Shown here piece after piece: positions 1-14,749 of a stretch of DNA of 64,000 nt. Source of the DNA: the human T2T-CHM13v2.0 reference genome, Homo sapiens. The notes below the pieces were generated by a model. The model was not told the DNA's origin. It saw only the letters and a list, made by a program, of their open reading frames with translations, and ran no database searches. Made by a program: the position numbers and the translations under genes. Positions within the stretch are counted from its first letter, which is position 1. Every line of letters starts with the position of its first letter. The stretch lies in the NCBI RefSeq assembly GCF_009914755.1, contig NC_060928.1; one strand, written 5' to 3'.

Positions 1-136
1 ACTGGCAACCAGCTATATTTTCTCACTTCCACCTGTGGACACTGGAGCCTCACTACCTATTAAAAAAGTATAAGTCCACTCATATCACTGCACTTAGGCT
101 CCTAAGCCTGAAATGCTTTCTTTTCATCTTTACCTC

Positions 137-834
<698 letters not shown>

Positions 835-1719
835 GCCTTCTAGAATGGTGGGTAGTTGGAGCTGGAAGGAACATTATACCCATGTAGCCCAGTGCTCATG
901 TTTTGTATCAGAGAGAACTGAGGCACAAAGAAAGTAAGTAAGTAATTTGTTAAGGTCAAATAGCTAGGAAGTAGGACAGATGGATGATAACAACAACAAC
1001 AATAGTAGTGACATCAACAATGGTGCTAGGTTTTGATCTATTGTTTTTCTACATTCTAGTTGGCTTTATCTCATTTTCCATATAAAATGATACATTAGAA
1101 ACTGTGCTAGGGAAAGAGTCAGTAGAACACTCATAATCCCTATTCTCCCTAAGTGACTTGAGAGACAACTTAATCTTTCTGCCTTCGATTTTCCTGTTTC
1201 AAATTGAGAATAAAGAAATGCATACAGTATTTATAAAAGTGCCTATTGTGAACCAGGTGGATAAATCTTATTAGACCCAAAAGGTAAGTATTATTGGCTC
1301 TATTTTACAGGTAAAGTCATGGAAGAACAAGGGTTTTAGGTGATTTGCTCAAAATTCTTCAGCCCAAAGAGCTCAAAGGAAGATTAAGAAGCCAAGTCTG
1401 TCTGAAGTCAGAAACTGCAGAATCACCACAGAGAAGGCCCAGGCAGACATCAGTCAACTGAAGACCAGGCTTACATATTTGGGGGAAGGATTTCTTTAAG
1501 CACTTTGTTTTCAAAGGTTGCCAAACAAAACCAAGCAATAGTAATGTACTATTATAAAGAAAGCCTTTATTAAATGACTCTCAGTGTCAAAATAGGTGTT
1601 GAAGTTGGCAGCTTCTGCCTGGATCTCTCCAGAAATGAAATATAACAACAGACAAAGCAGAGCTGGTGATTTCAGAGCTGCAAGGATATTCGTGCAAACC
1701 ACTTTCACTACTTTTTTTC

Positions 1720-2133
1720 TGTCTACCAGCTTCTGGTGTGCCTCTGCTCCCAACAGTAGCAATTAGAGGGCTGCCCTCAGACTACCAGGACCCTCATTAC
1801 CTGCATACATAACAACGCGTAGAACCAGAAGTATCTGTGAATGTATACCAACTCCTCCTCATGACTTAACCAGTGATGAGGGCAGGAGTATAAATACCCC
1901 AGTCCTCTTGCTCTGATTCAGAAACTCTGAGAGTGACTATCACTGTTTTCACTGTTTCCAAGGCTCCCTTCTGGGATGGAGCCCAAGTCACCCTCCAAAG
2001 GTTGATATTGCATACTTGATATGACGGATTTCCTTGGTCTCTTTCTGTCTTCATTTTACTTTCTGTTTCTCCATTCTCCACTTACATGTACTTCATCAAA
2101 TCAGGAGCTGCTTCTTGGAAACCAACTTAAGAT
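1720..2133 (+). mobile_element. Old ERVL LTR (LTR16-like)
   Basis: ataaataccccagt...ggagcccaagtcaccc...gctgcttcttggaaaccaacttaaga resembles the LTR16 3' half; boundaries approximate. Confidence 0.55.
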
Positions 2134-2544
2134 GCTAGAGCAGCACATCCATTGTTTGATGCCCTGATTGTTATCAAGTTTGTCCTTACATTTAGTAAAA
2201 CTGAAACTCCTAATAACTCTCACCCAACAGATCTATTCTGTCCTCCAACATAACAGAGTACACATCGAATTCCCATCCACGTGTATGGCTTTCAGATGGT
2301 TCATGGTGCCTATAGGTGCCTTTTAGTCTTTTTCAATCACAAGAGACTTGAATGAGAATGATGGCTCAGCACTCACATCATCACAAGCTAAAAATAAAGA
2401 GTTGTTATTGCCATTTCTTCATCTGTGATCTAGGACAGAATAGGAGAAAAGGAAAAAAAAATGTCTACCATCTTATCAAAGGAGTTAGAACCCCTCTGGG
2501 CTCCCTTCCAAAATCAGAGAAATAACACTACTAACAGCAATTAA

Positions 2545-2770
2545 TACATGCTATTTATTAAGCTCTTACTATATTCCAGAGGGTACTCAGTAGTTTACAT
2601 ATAATATCTCATGTTATCTTCTCAAAAATAGTTATTATTGTCATTGTTTCTGGTTTACAGATGAGGAAATAGAAGTACAGAGAAAGTATGCTGTTTACCC
2701 TATGTTCTATACAAAATATTGGAGCTGGGATTTGAACCCAGTCAGTTTGACACCATAGCCCACAGTCTAA
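2545..2770 (-). mobile_element. MIR SINE
   Basis: MIR core tttacagatgaggaaa...ggagctgggatttgaaccca. Confidence 0.75.
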
Positions 2771-3194
2771 ATCATTACAAATCACTATGAATGCTCTGTG
2801 TAAAAAGGAGATAATAATTACACCTGTTGTAATGCATTGAATTATTACACATATTTATCACATAGAGCTTGAGAGTATAGTAGAGGACTAAAACTTTTAC
2901 ACAAGATCTTTGTTTTAGCTTGCAAAATGGTCCACATTTTCAGCTTTTCCCCTCAAGAGATTAAATGCTTTGGCCAATGAGACATTGAAAAGTGGATCTA
3001 AACAGAGGCTTAAAAATGCTTACATATTAGAACTTCTCTTTCTTGCTGCTCCTTATAATGTTGAGACTGTGATGTAAAGAAGCCTTTGTCCTCATACTGG
3101 AAGATGGAAGCCCCATGGAAGAAAGTCCATCCCTCTCAGCTGAGTCCTCCTTAGCATGAACAGCCTATGACATCTGAGTTAGGTCATCCTATAC

Positions 3195-3425
3195 TAGAGT
3201 TTCTCTACCTCCCTGCTATTAATATTTTGGGCCTGAAGTGTTTTTTTTCTTCAGAATCTTGTCCTGTGCATTGTAGAGTGACTAGCAGAATCCCTGGCCT
3301 TTATACACCAGATGCCAATAAAATCCCCCAGTTATGACAAGCAAAAGTGTGTCCAGACATTGCCAAATGTCCCCTGGTGGTGTTGGAAGTAGGTATATAA
3401 ATTGGCTCATTTGAAAACTACTAAT
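3195..3425. mobile_element. MER20 (hAT-Charlie) inside an MLT1-like LTR (~2960-3560)
   Basis: tgtcctgtgcattgtag...atccctggcct...ccagacattgccaaatgtcccctgg are MER20 motifs. Confidence 0.8.
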
Positions 3426-4539
3426 CTAGACCATCGAATCCCAGATGATGCAACACAGACCTGACTCAAATAATTGCTTAGCTGACTCAAATAATTTAAA
3501 GAAAAAAAATACATGAATATTTTACATTTTGGGTTGTTTCTCATCAAGAGCTAACCAATACAGTCTCTGTAAGAGAGACAACATGTGTTTGCCACGCGAT
3601 TTTCTCTCCCTGGATACACAGAAAGACTACATTTTCCAGACTTCTTTTTATGCAGGTGGAGACCACGTAATTAAGTGTCTTCCAACTGGAACATGAGCAG
3701 AAGCCATATGTCACCCTGACTCAGACAAAACATAGTGGTACATGTTCTCCATACTCCTTTCTTCTATCTGTTGGCCTGTAAGAAAATAACTGCAATATTG
3801 GCAGAGTTGTAAGATACAAGTCTGAATACATGGATAACCACTTAAGAATATTTTGCCCAAGAGAGCTGCCTAATCTGTGTTATACTGTTGCATGAGTGAG
3901 AATTAAACCTATACCATCTTAAACTATGAAATTTAGGGTTTACTTATTATCACAGCAAAACTTAGCCTCCATATGTTTTTCTGACATACATTATATGTTG
4001 GAAATATCAAAACTCATTTATCTTTTAAGATGGGGATAGGGATAGTTTGTATTAGATTTGTAAGTAAATGATTATGTTTTCTTCAATACCTTTAACCTAA
4101 TATGCCAACTACTAGAGTGCAAATCCCAGCTTTTGCACTGAATCTTTCAATAAATGTTTACTAAGTGGCTACTAATTTTCAACAACTATATCAAAAACTG
4201 AGCTGGGGAAGGCAGCTACATTAAAAGAAATTTCAGAAAACAAGTCAACCACTACATGGATGAATCTATAAATCATGTGCCTGGAGAACTTTAAAGAATC
4301 AGTCAATAACTCTCTGGAGAAATCAAAAAAGGCTTCATGGGGGAAGTGATATTATACATGGATATAAAATAAAATTAGGATTTTAACAGACAATAAAGGG
4401 AAGACTACACAGGAACAATCACAGCAGAAGTGCATTCTGGGCAGAAGGAGATCAATGACAAAATAAACAGGAATGTGAAAAACCTACTGGCTTGGGGAAA
4501 ATGTTGAGGACAACAGGTTCATTCATTTAGAAGTCTACA

Positions 4540-5040
4540 TTGTGCTTATGTATTGTGTGTTATGAGCTAGCCAAAAAAAGTAATGACTTAATAACACAAC
4601 CATTTTGTTTTATCTCATGATTGTGTTGGTGAGGAATTTGGGCAGGGCTTGGTTGGATGACTGTCCTGCTCCCTGTGCTGCTGATGGAGGTTATTCAAAT
4701 CTCTTTGGCTGGTGGATGGGCTATAGAGTCCAAGATGACTCTACTCACATGGCTCATGTTCTGATGGGCTTGGCTCAAAGTCTGGGTTCAGCTAAGACTG
4801 CTGACTTGAGCACCAACACCTAGCATCTCCAGTATGGTAGTCAGTCTCAGAAAAGTCGGACTCTTTAAACAGTATCTAGGGTTCCCAGATAGAATGTTCT
4901 AAGAGGCAGAAAGTGAAAGATTCCACTCTCTTAATCCAGAGCCTGGAAACTGTCACAGATTCTTTTGTCCATATTCTGTGGTCAAAGAGAAAGGATCAAA
5001 TACCCAACTTCTCAACTCAAATACCTCACTTCACAGTGCA
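4540..5040 (-). mobile_element. Old MLT1 LTR
   Basis: ggaatttgggcagggcttgg...tccaagatgactc...tccatattctgtggtca; boundaries approximate. Confidence 0.55.
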
Positions 5041-5497
5041 ACTCAATGCAAAGAGAGTCAAATAATTTGTCGGTCAAGAGCAGTGGTCTTAATGTCTCTG
5101 TCAAGATGACAACATGTTCTTTCCTACTGAAGTCTACTAGTAAGAACATTAATGCCCAAAAGCTTTTTCCTGACCTTCTTAGATGAACTCCCAGTATAAA
5201 GAAGATCCCTGGGAGAAGGAACCAGTGTCAGATATGGAATTGAAAGGTGAATAAGAGTCTAATTAGGCAATTTGGCAGGAGAGACACCCAAATAGCGGAT
5301 GTTCAGAAGACTGAGAATATTTAGTGAAGCAGAAAGGTAAAGACATAGTGAGAAGGTGGGGGTCACCAGAAGAAAAGTGATTGAAATGATAACTGAGAAG
5401 TGGTAGTGAGTATGTGTACTTTCAGGTTGGGGACATTACTACAGAAGGTATGTGTGGGAAGAAGTTGTGGGGTGTTGCTAAGAGTTTTACTTAAGAG

Positions 5498-5693
5498 CAG
5501 GGCCAAATCTGACCTCTGTTTTAGTAAATAAAATATTATTGGAACATAGCCACACCCTCTCATTCATATCGGGTTTGTGACTGCCTTAGCAATACAATGA
5601 TAGAGTTGAGTAGTTGCAACACAGAAACCTTGGCCCATAAAACCTAAGATATTTACTTTTTGACCCTTTATAGAAAACGTTTGCTGACCCTTG
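5498..5693. mobile_element. MER58A DNA transposon
   Basis: gtaaataaaat...ggaacatagccacacc...agagttgagtagttgcaac...tttgctgacccttg. Confidence 0.8.
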
Positions 5694-7023
5694 ATTTAAA
5701 GATTATTCTGGTAGCAATGGCCTTCTAACCACTGGCCTGTTCTAGGAGCAGGAGTGCGGGAAGATGAATTGTGGGCTATCACAACATTCTTGCTGAGTGA
5801 CGTCATAATATGGATCCAGCAATAGTACTAAAAGGAGCTGGAAAAAGGAGATGTAGTGGAGATATGATTGACATAATTCTGTGTCTAGCTGGGTGAATTT
5901 ATGTGTGTTTGCTTGTATGTCTGTGTATGCATGTACATACTTGCATGGGAAGGACAGCCAGGGAACACGGAAAAGGAGCTGTCAAAGAAAGTAAGTTTCA
6001 TTCACTGCTGGGTGATACTGATGCTATTAACAAAAATGGTGGGGATTTGGGGCACAGGAGGAGAGGCTGTGGGGCAAAGTGGTGAATCTGTTTTTCTTTC
6101 CCTCTAATTGATATCATTATTTGGACATTAGCTAAGACAGGTGTTATAATCATGAGTTCCTTCTGAGGCCAAAGAGAATAATTGTGAAAGAAGAAATCCA
6201 GCTTTAAGATGTTCAAATGTTTAATTCGTTTCACCAGTTCAAAACCACCTGATTGTCAGAAGGATTTTCTACTAATCTCTCTTGGAACAGCTTACAGTTT
6301 CTGACTGGGTAATGCCATATTTTGCCTCAGAATCTTTTTTCTTGTTTCTTCTTATGCCTAAACTGCTGGGAAACCTCCGCCTAACTTCAACTAATCCCTT
6401 AGGGTTGAGTTTAAATATTGCTTCCTCCAACAGAAAGGCTTTTACAAATTCATGGGCTAGATTAGATACCACTGCATAGCACACCATATTTTCCCCTGCT
6501 TTGCTGTTCTAGATGACTTGTCTGTTATTGCTCTCTGCTGCTTCCTTGGGCCCCTGTAGCTCTGAGCTGGTAGAGAGTTGGGGCTATGTAAATATGTTTT
6601 GCACCCTTTCTTTATATATATGAAACACAGTGGTTATTAGTGGCAATACAGACTTGATGCAACAATAAATAATAAAGCCAGCTTTTAATAACAATTTATA
6701 GCATCAAGCCCCAGACTAAGGGTTTTCTATGAATTACCCCAATCTTCAAATCAACCACCTACAGTAGACACCATTGTTGTGCTCACTTTAGAAATAATGA
6801 GGCTAAGGCTCCTGGAAGTTGAGAATCTTAATCTTACTTAAGGTAACACAGATGTTCAATGGCACAGCCAATCCAAGTCTGTATGACTCCACACCCGACA
6901 TGATTAATCATTATAACTATCTGCCTTTGAATGGATACATTAACGTATGAAAGATAGAAGGGAAGGGGGAAGAAAGAGGAAAGGAAGAAAAGAAGGAGAA
7001 ATAAATAAAATAAGAAAGGAATG

Positions 7024-7288
7024 TGTAATCCCAGCACTTTGGGAGACTGAGGCGGGCGGATCACCTGAAGTCAGGAGTTCGAAACCAGCCTGGCCAACAT
7101 AGTGAAACCCTGTCTCTGCTAAAAGTACAAAAAGTAGCCAGACATGGCGGCAGTTGCCTTTAATCCCAGCTACTCAGGAGGCTGAGGCAGGAGAATCACT
7201 TGAGTCCAGGAGGCAGAGGTTGCAGTGAGCCATGCCACTGCACTCCAGCCTAGGTGACAAGAGCAAGACTCCATCTAAAAAAAAGGAA
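7024..7288 (+). mobile_element. 5'-truncated AluS
   Basis: Begins at tgtaatcccagc; A tail; TSD aagaaaggaatg at 7012-7023 and 7289-7300. Confidence 0.9.
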
Positions 7289-7741
7289 AAGAAAGGAATG
7301 AAGGAAGGGAAAGAGGAAAAAGGGAGATCAAACTATTGGTTTTGTACTAGGAAAATTTTATAATATGTTGTCACCAATAATGGTGTGTCTATCCGTAGGC
7401 AGAAACACAAGTAACACTTACTTAGGACATTGCTGGAAATGTTTTACATGGTTACTCATTTATTCCTTGCAATAACAACTCAGTGAAGGGCATTGAATTG
7501 TCACTGTATTATGTCCAGAATTTGACCACTGCAGAGCTTCTCCCTTGCCACCACCTTCATCCAAGCCACCGTCATCTCTTGCTTGGATCGGGGCTGCAAG
7601 TCCCTGTTCCTGAGCTTGTTCTCCTCTAGTCTACCTAAGAGACAGAGTGATGCTTTGAAAATACAAACCACATCATCTTAGTCATCCTTTAAAGCACTCC
7701 AGTGGTTCCCCGATCTTACTTGGTGTGAAAAACAGTTATTT

Positions 7742-8185
<444 letters not shown>

Positions 8186-8374
8186 TCAAATGTTCCCTGT
8201 GTCTTCCTGTGCATTTACTGTTCCCTCTGGGTAGAATGCTGTTCCTACAAACATCTACAGGACTTACTGCCATATCGCCCTATGCCTTGACTAAAATGCC
8301 ACCCTGCTGAAGAAGTCTTCCTGAGACACTGACTATAACATTGCAATATTCCTTTCTTCCCATTCCTACATGTT

Positions 8375-9627
8375 TGCATTAGTCCGTTTTCATGCTGCTG
8401 ATAGAGACATACCCAAGACTGGGAAATTTACAAAAGAAAGAAGTTTAATTGGACTTACAGTTCCACGTGGCTGGGAAAGCCTCACAGTCATGGGAGAAGG
8501 CAAGGAGGAGCAAGTCATGTCTTACATGGATGGCAGAAGGCAAAGAGAGAGTTTCGGCAGGGGAACCCCTCTTTTTAAAACTATGAGACCTCAAGAGACT
8601 CATTCACTATCATGAGAACAGTGCAGGAAAGGCTCAATCCCATAATCCAAATCACCTCCTACTGGGTTCCTCCCTTGACATGTGGGAATTGTGGGAGTTA
8701 CAATTCAAGATGAGATTTGAGTGGAAACAGAGCCAAACCACATCATTCTGCCCCTGACCCCTCCCAAATTTCATATCTTCACATTTCAAAACCAGTCCTG
8801 TCTTCCCAACAATCCCCCAAAGTCTTAACTAATTTCAGCATTAACTCAAAAGTCCACAGTCCAACATCTCATCTGAGATAAGGCAAGTTCCTTTCACCTA
8901 TGAGCCTGTAAAATCAAAAGTAAGTTAGTTACTTCCTATATACAATGGGGGTATAGGCATTGGGTAAATGCAGCCATTCCAAATGGGAGAAATTGGCCAA
9001 AACAAAGGGGCCACAGGCCCCATGCAAGTCCATAATCCAGCTGGGTAGTCAAATCTTAAAGCTCCAAAAAGATTTCCTTTGACTCCATGTCTCACATCCA
9101 GGTCACACTGATGCAAGAGGCAGGCTCCCATGGCTTTGAGCAGCTTTGCCCCTGAGGCTTTGCAGGGTATTTCCCCACTCCTGGCTGCTTTCACAGGCTG
9201 GTGTTGAGTGTCTGTGGCTTTTCCAGGTGCATGGTGCAAGCTGTTGGTGGATCCACCATTCTAGGGTCTGGAGGATAGTGACCCTCTTCTCACAGCTTCA
9301 CTAGGTGGTGGCCCAGTAAGGACTCTGTGTTGGGGCTCCGACCCCACATTTCCCTTCCACACTGTCCTAGCAGAGGTTCTTCATGAGGGCCCTGCCTGTA
9401 CAGTAAACTTCTGCCTCAACATCCAGGCATTTCCATACATTCTCTGAAATCTAGGCAGAGGTTCCCAAACCTCAATTCTTGACTTCTATGCAATTGCAGG
9501 CTCAACACCATATGGAGGCTGCCAAGGCTTGAGGCTTGCACCCTCTGAAGCCACGGCCTGAGCTCTACATTGGCCCCCTTCAGCCATGGTTGGAACAGCT
9601 GGGATGCCAGGCACCAAGTACCTGGGC
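8375..9627 (-). mobile_element. THE1 (B/C-like) 3' LTR plus 3' part of THE1-int, 5' half missing
   Basis: LTR 8375-~8745 (tgcattagtcc...ccaaaccacatca), PPT complement, then internal sequence breaking off at ~9627. Confidence 0.9.
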
Positions 9628-9912
9628 TTGGGGAGGGACCTGGTGGGAAATAATTTGAATCATGGTGGTGGTTTCCCCCATGCTGTTTTCGTTGTAGTGA
9701 ATAAGTCACACGAGATCTGATGGTTTTATTAGGGGTTTCCGGTTTTGCATCTTCTTCATTTTATCTTCTCGCTGCCATGTAACAAGTGCCTTTCACTTCC
9801 CACTATGATTTTGAGGCCTTTCTAGCCATGTAGAACTGTAAGTTCAATTAATCCCCTCTTTCTTCCCAGTCTCACATATGTCTTTACCAGCAGTGTGAAA
9901 ACGGACTAATAT
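9628..9912 (+). mobile_element. THE1A-like LTR lacking its first ~70 bp
   Basis: ggagggacc...ggggtttccggttttgc...aaacggactaat; the central segment is THE1A-type. Confidence 0.8.
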
Positions 9913-10154
9913 GGTATATTTGTTTGTTGTCACTAACTCTGATCTTAGGGGTCCTTGAGAGAGCCTCTTTGCTTCCCAGGATGAGTTTCCCATTCTGTAT
10001 TATTTTTTCTAGGGGTGAGTGAGCAGCCTCATGACACTGCTTGACATGTTGCCTTGAAGAGCTTGTGTGCTGTCTCCATGAAGGCTGTTGACTGTGAAAC
10101 AGATTTTAACTTATCACACAACTGGATGAGGAATTTATGGCTAGCTAAATTTCT

Positions 10155-10671
10155 CAAAAAGTAAAATTTTGGTACCAAACCCTCCCACCTTCTCAGCATG
10201 AAAATGGACTAATACAGTAAATTGGTACCAGGAGTGGGTGTTGCTGAAAAGATACCTGAAAATGTGGAAGCGACTTTGGAACTGGGTAACAGGCAGTTGT
10301 TGGAACATTTGGAGGGCTCAGAAGAAGATAGGAAAATGTAGGAAACTTTGGAACTTCCTAGAGACTTGTTGAATGGCTTTGACACAAATGCTGATAGTGA
10401 TATGAACAATAAAATCCAGGCTGAGGTGGTCTTAGATAGAAATGAGGAACTTGTTGGGAACTGGAGCAAAGGTGACTCTTGTTATGTTTTAGCAAAGCGA
10501 CTGGCGGCGTCTTGCCCCTGCCCTAGAGACTTGTGGAACTTTGAACTTGAGAGAGATGATTTAGGGTGTCAGGTGGAAGGAATTTCTAAGCAGCAAAGCA
10601 TTCAAGTGGTGACTTGGGTACTATTAAAGGCAAAAAGTAAAATTTTGGTACTAAACCCTCCCACCTTCTCA
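10155..10671 (+). repeat. 41-bp direct repeat (10155-10195 and 10631-10671, one mismatch)
   Basis: caaaaagtaaaattttggtac[c/t]aaaccctcccaccttctca read in both places. Confidence 0.95.
10196..10630 (+). mobile_element. THE1 fragment: last ~20 bp of LTR plus first ~415 bp of THE1-int
   Basis: gcatgaaaatggactaataca|gtaaattggtacc LTR/int junction; ORF 10348-10713 resembles MaLR ORF (DLWNFELERDDLG). Confidence 0.9.
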
Positions 10672-13609
10672 AGTGATTTTCTATATTCCCTGAAGTCTTG
10701 TGTTTTTACTTAGAAGATAGGGATGGGGAATGGGGTAAAGAAAATTCCAGGTAAGTGCAACCAAAGTAAAGAGAAAATAAATAACGTAATAATCGAACAA
10801 CATCTTCCTTACAAACTGATCCTGCCCAAGAATTCACTTGACTATACCAGGGTGCAGAAATAAGGGGAGGTAATTCACATGAACATGATAACGTCTGACC
10901 ACATCTTGCCTAAGAGAAAATCCTCCCTGATGAAGGGGCTCAAACCACAAACACAGACCTAGAAACATAATTACTACAGAGGCTGTGTTTACATTTGATA
11001 ATGATGTGCATGGAAATAGTGTGCCCTGGGAGTTTAGAACTCAGACAAACAAACAAGGATTATTAATCTGGCAAAATGATGGTTTTCAGTTTTGTAAGAG
11101 TTAGGGTTTTCCCTTCTGTTGGTTGGCTGAGAATGAGGAGCTCAAGAAAGATAGGATTAAGGCCTCTCCTGATCTACTTGGTAATAGACAATACTGCAGC
11201 CTCTTAAGGATTTGGATCACAATCAGACCCACCCATTATCCTCCCAGCATAGCTAGAGAAGCTCGATCCATCTGCTATTATAAAGAACTCTTTCACACCG
11301 GGATGTGACCCAGGGTCACTCCGCCCTGGTGCAGGAGTGACTGAGCCCAGTGGGCTCACATGGGCCTCATGCTACAGATTCCATATACACACTTTTATCT
11401 ATGCCTGCCTTTGGTGAGTTGGAGGTTCTCTGTCTATCCCTTATTTACCTTGAGCCAAGAGCACTCCAATCACTTTACACACAATCAACTATTTTATTAT
11501 TCACTCAATTCTAGCAAGGAGGGGGCTGGTTTCCTCACTTGACCTAGGAGGAAATGGAAGCACCAAGGGGTTAAATTGTTTTCTCAGGTTTAACCACTTT
11601 ATATGTGATGGAGTTAGGAAATGAACACCGAACACTGTAACTCTAAAGCTAGACTTTAACTGTTAGTCTCTGCGTTCTCCTCTTAGGTCTGATAGTCAAT
11701 CTTTAAACCCTGACTACCTAATCCAGTTGCAATAATCCCTTCCTGTAGAACTAGATTTTGCTTTGTAAATCTCTGACAGACCTGGTTTGGGCTTACCTAA
11801 CCTGAAGTGTAGACACAATACACCCTGCATTCACTTACTAAGGATTCCATGAAAAAGTACCACAAACTGAGGTCTTAAACCACAGAAATCTATTACTTTT
11901 AACTAATGATATCTGCAAAGACCTTATTTCTAAATGCATTCAGATTCTGATGTTCCTGGTACACATAAATTTTGAGGGGACACTATTCAACTCACTACAG
12001 ATCTGTTACGGATTAAATTGTTTTGCCCCAACATTCATACATATGTGATGTCATTTATGTGAGACAACAAATGTCTGTTGTTTAAATCACCTAGTTTGTA
12101 GTACTTTGTTAAGGCAGCCCTAAGAAGTAAATACAGATATAACATGTATGTACATTTTAGATTAGAAAAGTCCAACAGTTTTTGCCAGAGGACTACAGAA
12201 CAAGGACTAGTTAAAACTAGAAGAAAACTTATACTAGAGAAAACTCAAAGATTCCAAGAACTGTCTCATAATCATGCTGTGTCCTGACTCTTCATATTCC
12301 TAAGGACTAGAAAAACAACAGAGAATAACAATGAAACTAAGAATTTTTTTAAAGATATGATTAACAAATCCTTAGCAAAGCTAACTAAGGAAAAAGGGAG
12401 AAGATTCAAACAAATAAAATTATAAAGGACAGAGTAGACATTACTACCGATACCACAGAGTAGATCATAAGAGACTACTATGAACAATTGTATGCCAATA
12501 AATTAGACAAGCTAGAAGAAATCTGTAAATTGCTAGAAACATATAACCTCCAAAAACTGAATCATGATGAAATAGAAAATCTAACAGAGCAACTGTGAGT
12601 AAGAAGATTGAAACAGTAAGCAAAATCTCTTAACAAAGAAAAACCCAGGAGCTAAAATCTTCATTGCTGAATTCTGACAAACATTTAAAGAAGAATTAAC
12701 GTCAATCTTTCTCAAACACTTCCCAAAAATGAAAGAGGAACAAACATCTCCAAGCTCATCTTATGAAGCCAGAATTACCTTAATATCAAAGTCAAATAAT
12801 AATACCACAAGAAACAAAAATATGGGCCAATGTCTATAATGAACATAAATGCAATAATTTTCAACAAAATTCCAATAAACTAAAATCACCAGCACATTGA
12901 ATATCATACACCATGATGACATGGGATTTATCTCTGGGAAGCAAGGATCCTTAAATATACACAAATCAATAAATGTGATATAACACGTTAAAAGATAAAG
13001 AATACAAATTGTATGACTTCAATGTAAGTCTGTCTTCAAACTGTAAAACTACGGAAAGAAAACATAGGCAAACAGCTTATTGACATTGGTCTGAGCAACG
13101 TTTTTTTTGGGGGGGGGGATTTTTGACCCCAAAAAACTTAGGTAACAGAAGCAAAAATAGACGAATGAGATTGCATCAATCTAAAAAGTTCCTGCACAGC
13201 AAATGAATCAATCAGTAGAGTGAAGAGACAACCTATGGAATGGGAGAACTATTTGCAAGCAATAATCTGATAAGGAGTTAATATCCACAATATATAGGTA
13301 ACTCAAACGACTCACTAGCAAGAAAAAATAAATAAAATAAAAATAAGCAAAGGACCCAAAAATACATTTCTCAAAGGAAGACAAACAAATGGCCAACAGA
13401 TTAATGAAAAGATGTTCAATATCACTATTTATCAGGAAAATGTAAGAATGGCTATTATCCAAAAGACAAAATCTAACAAGTGTTGATGAGGATGTGAGAA
13501 AAAATAATCCTTGTTTAATATTGATTGGAATGTCAAGTGGTACAGCCATTATGGAAAATAGTATGGAGATTCCTCAAAAAATAAAAAGTAGAAATACTTT
13601 CTGATCCAC

Positions 13610-13977
13610 TGTATTAGTCTGTTTTTGCACTGCTGTAAAGAACTACCTGAGACTGAGTAATTTACAAGGAGAAGAGGTTTAATTAACTCACAGTTCTACA
13701 TGGCTGGGGAGGCCTCAGTAAACTTACAATCATGGCAGAAGGCAAAGGGGAAGCAAGGCACATCTTACATGGTGACAGGAGAGAGAAAGAGTGAGGGGAG
13801 AACTAAAGAACACTTTTAAACCACCAGGTCTTGTGAAAACTCACTCACTGTCATGAGAACAGCATGGGGGAAACTACTGCCATGATCCAGTCACCTCCCA
13901 CCAGGTCACTCCCTTGATACAGGGGGATTACAATTCAAGGTGAGATTTGGGTGGGGACAAAGAGCCAAACCATATCA
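13610..13977 (-). mobile_element. THE1D/MSTA-like solo LTR
   Basis: tgtattagtc...ccaaaccatatca; TSD tccac/tccaa. Confidence 0.9.
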
Positions 13978-14749
13978 TCCAACAATCCCACTTCTAGGTA
14001 TATGTTCAAAGGAAATAAAATTAGTATGTTGTAGACACATCTGCACTCCTATGTCCATTGCTGTATTATTCATAGTAGCTAAGATATAGACTTAAACTAA
14101 GTGTCCACAGATGGATGCATAGATAAAGAAAATGTTAAACATATACACCTACACAAACACACACCCAAAATTGAATATTATTTGGCTTTAAAAATGAAAA
14201 CAATGTGGAAGATGGGGATGAAGAGAAATTGATTAATGAGTAATAATGTACAGTTGTATAGAGTGAATAAGCTCTAGAGTTTGATAATAAGAATAAAAAT
14301 TATATTTAACAATAATTTAGTTTATTTCAGAATAGCTAGAAAAGAAGAATTGCAGTGTTCTCAATACAAACAAAATATAAATATTTGAGGTGATGGATAT
14401 CCCAGTGACCTTGATTTGCTCATAACACATTGTATACATTATGAAAATATCACTTGTACTCTAAAAATATGTGCAACCATGATGTATCAGTTAAAAGGTT
14501 TTAAAAATAAAAAAGAAAGAAATACTGTCATTTTCAATAACATGGATGAAACTGGAAGACACAGTGGTAAGTTAAATTAGCCAGGCACAGAAAGACAAAT
14601 ACTGCACGATCTCATTTACTTATAGAATGTTCAAAAGTCAAACTCGTAGAAATAGAGATTAGAATGGTGGTGGAAAGGGATTGGGGAGTGGGAGAAATGG
14701 AGAGATATTGGCCAAACGATGTGAAGTTTCAGTTAAGCAAGATGAATAT

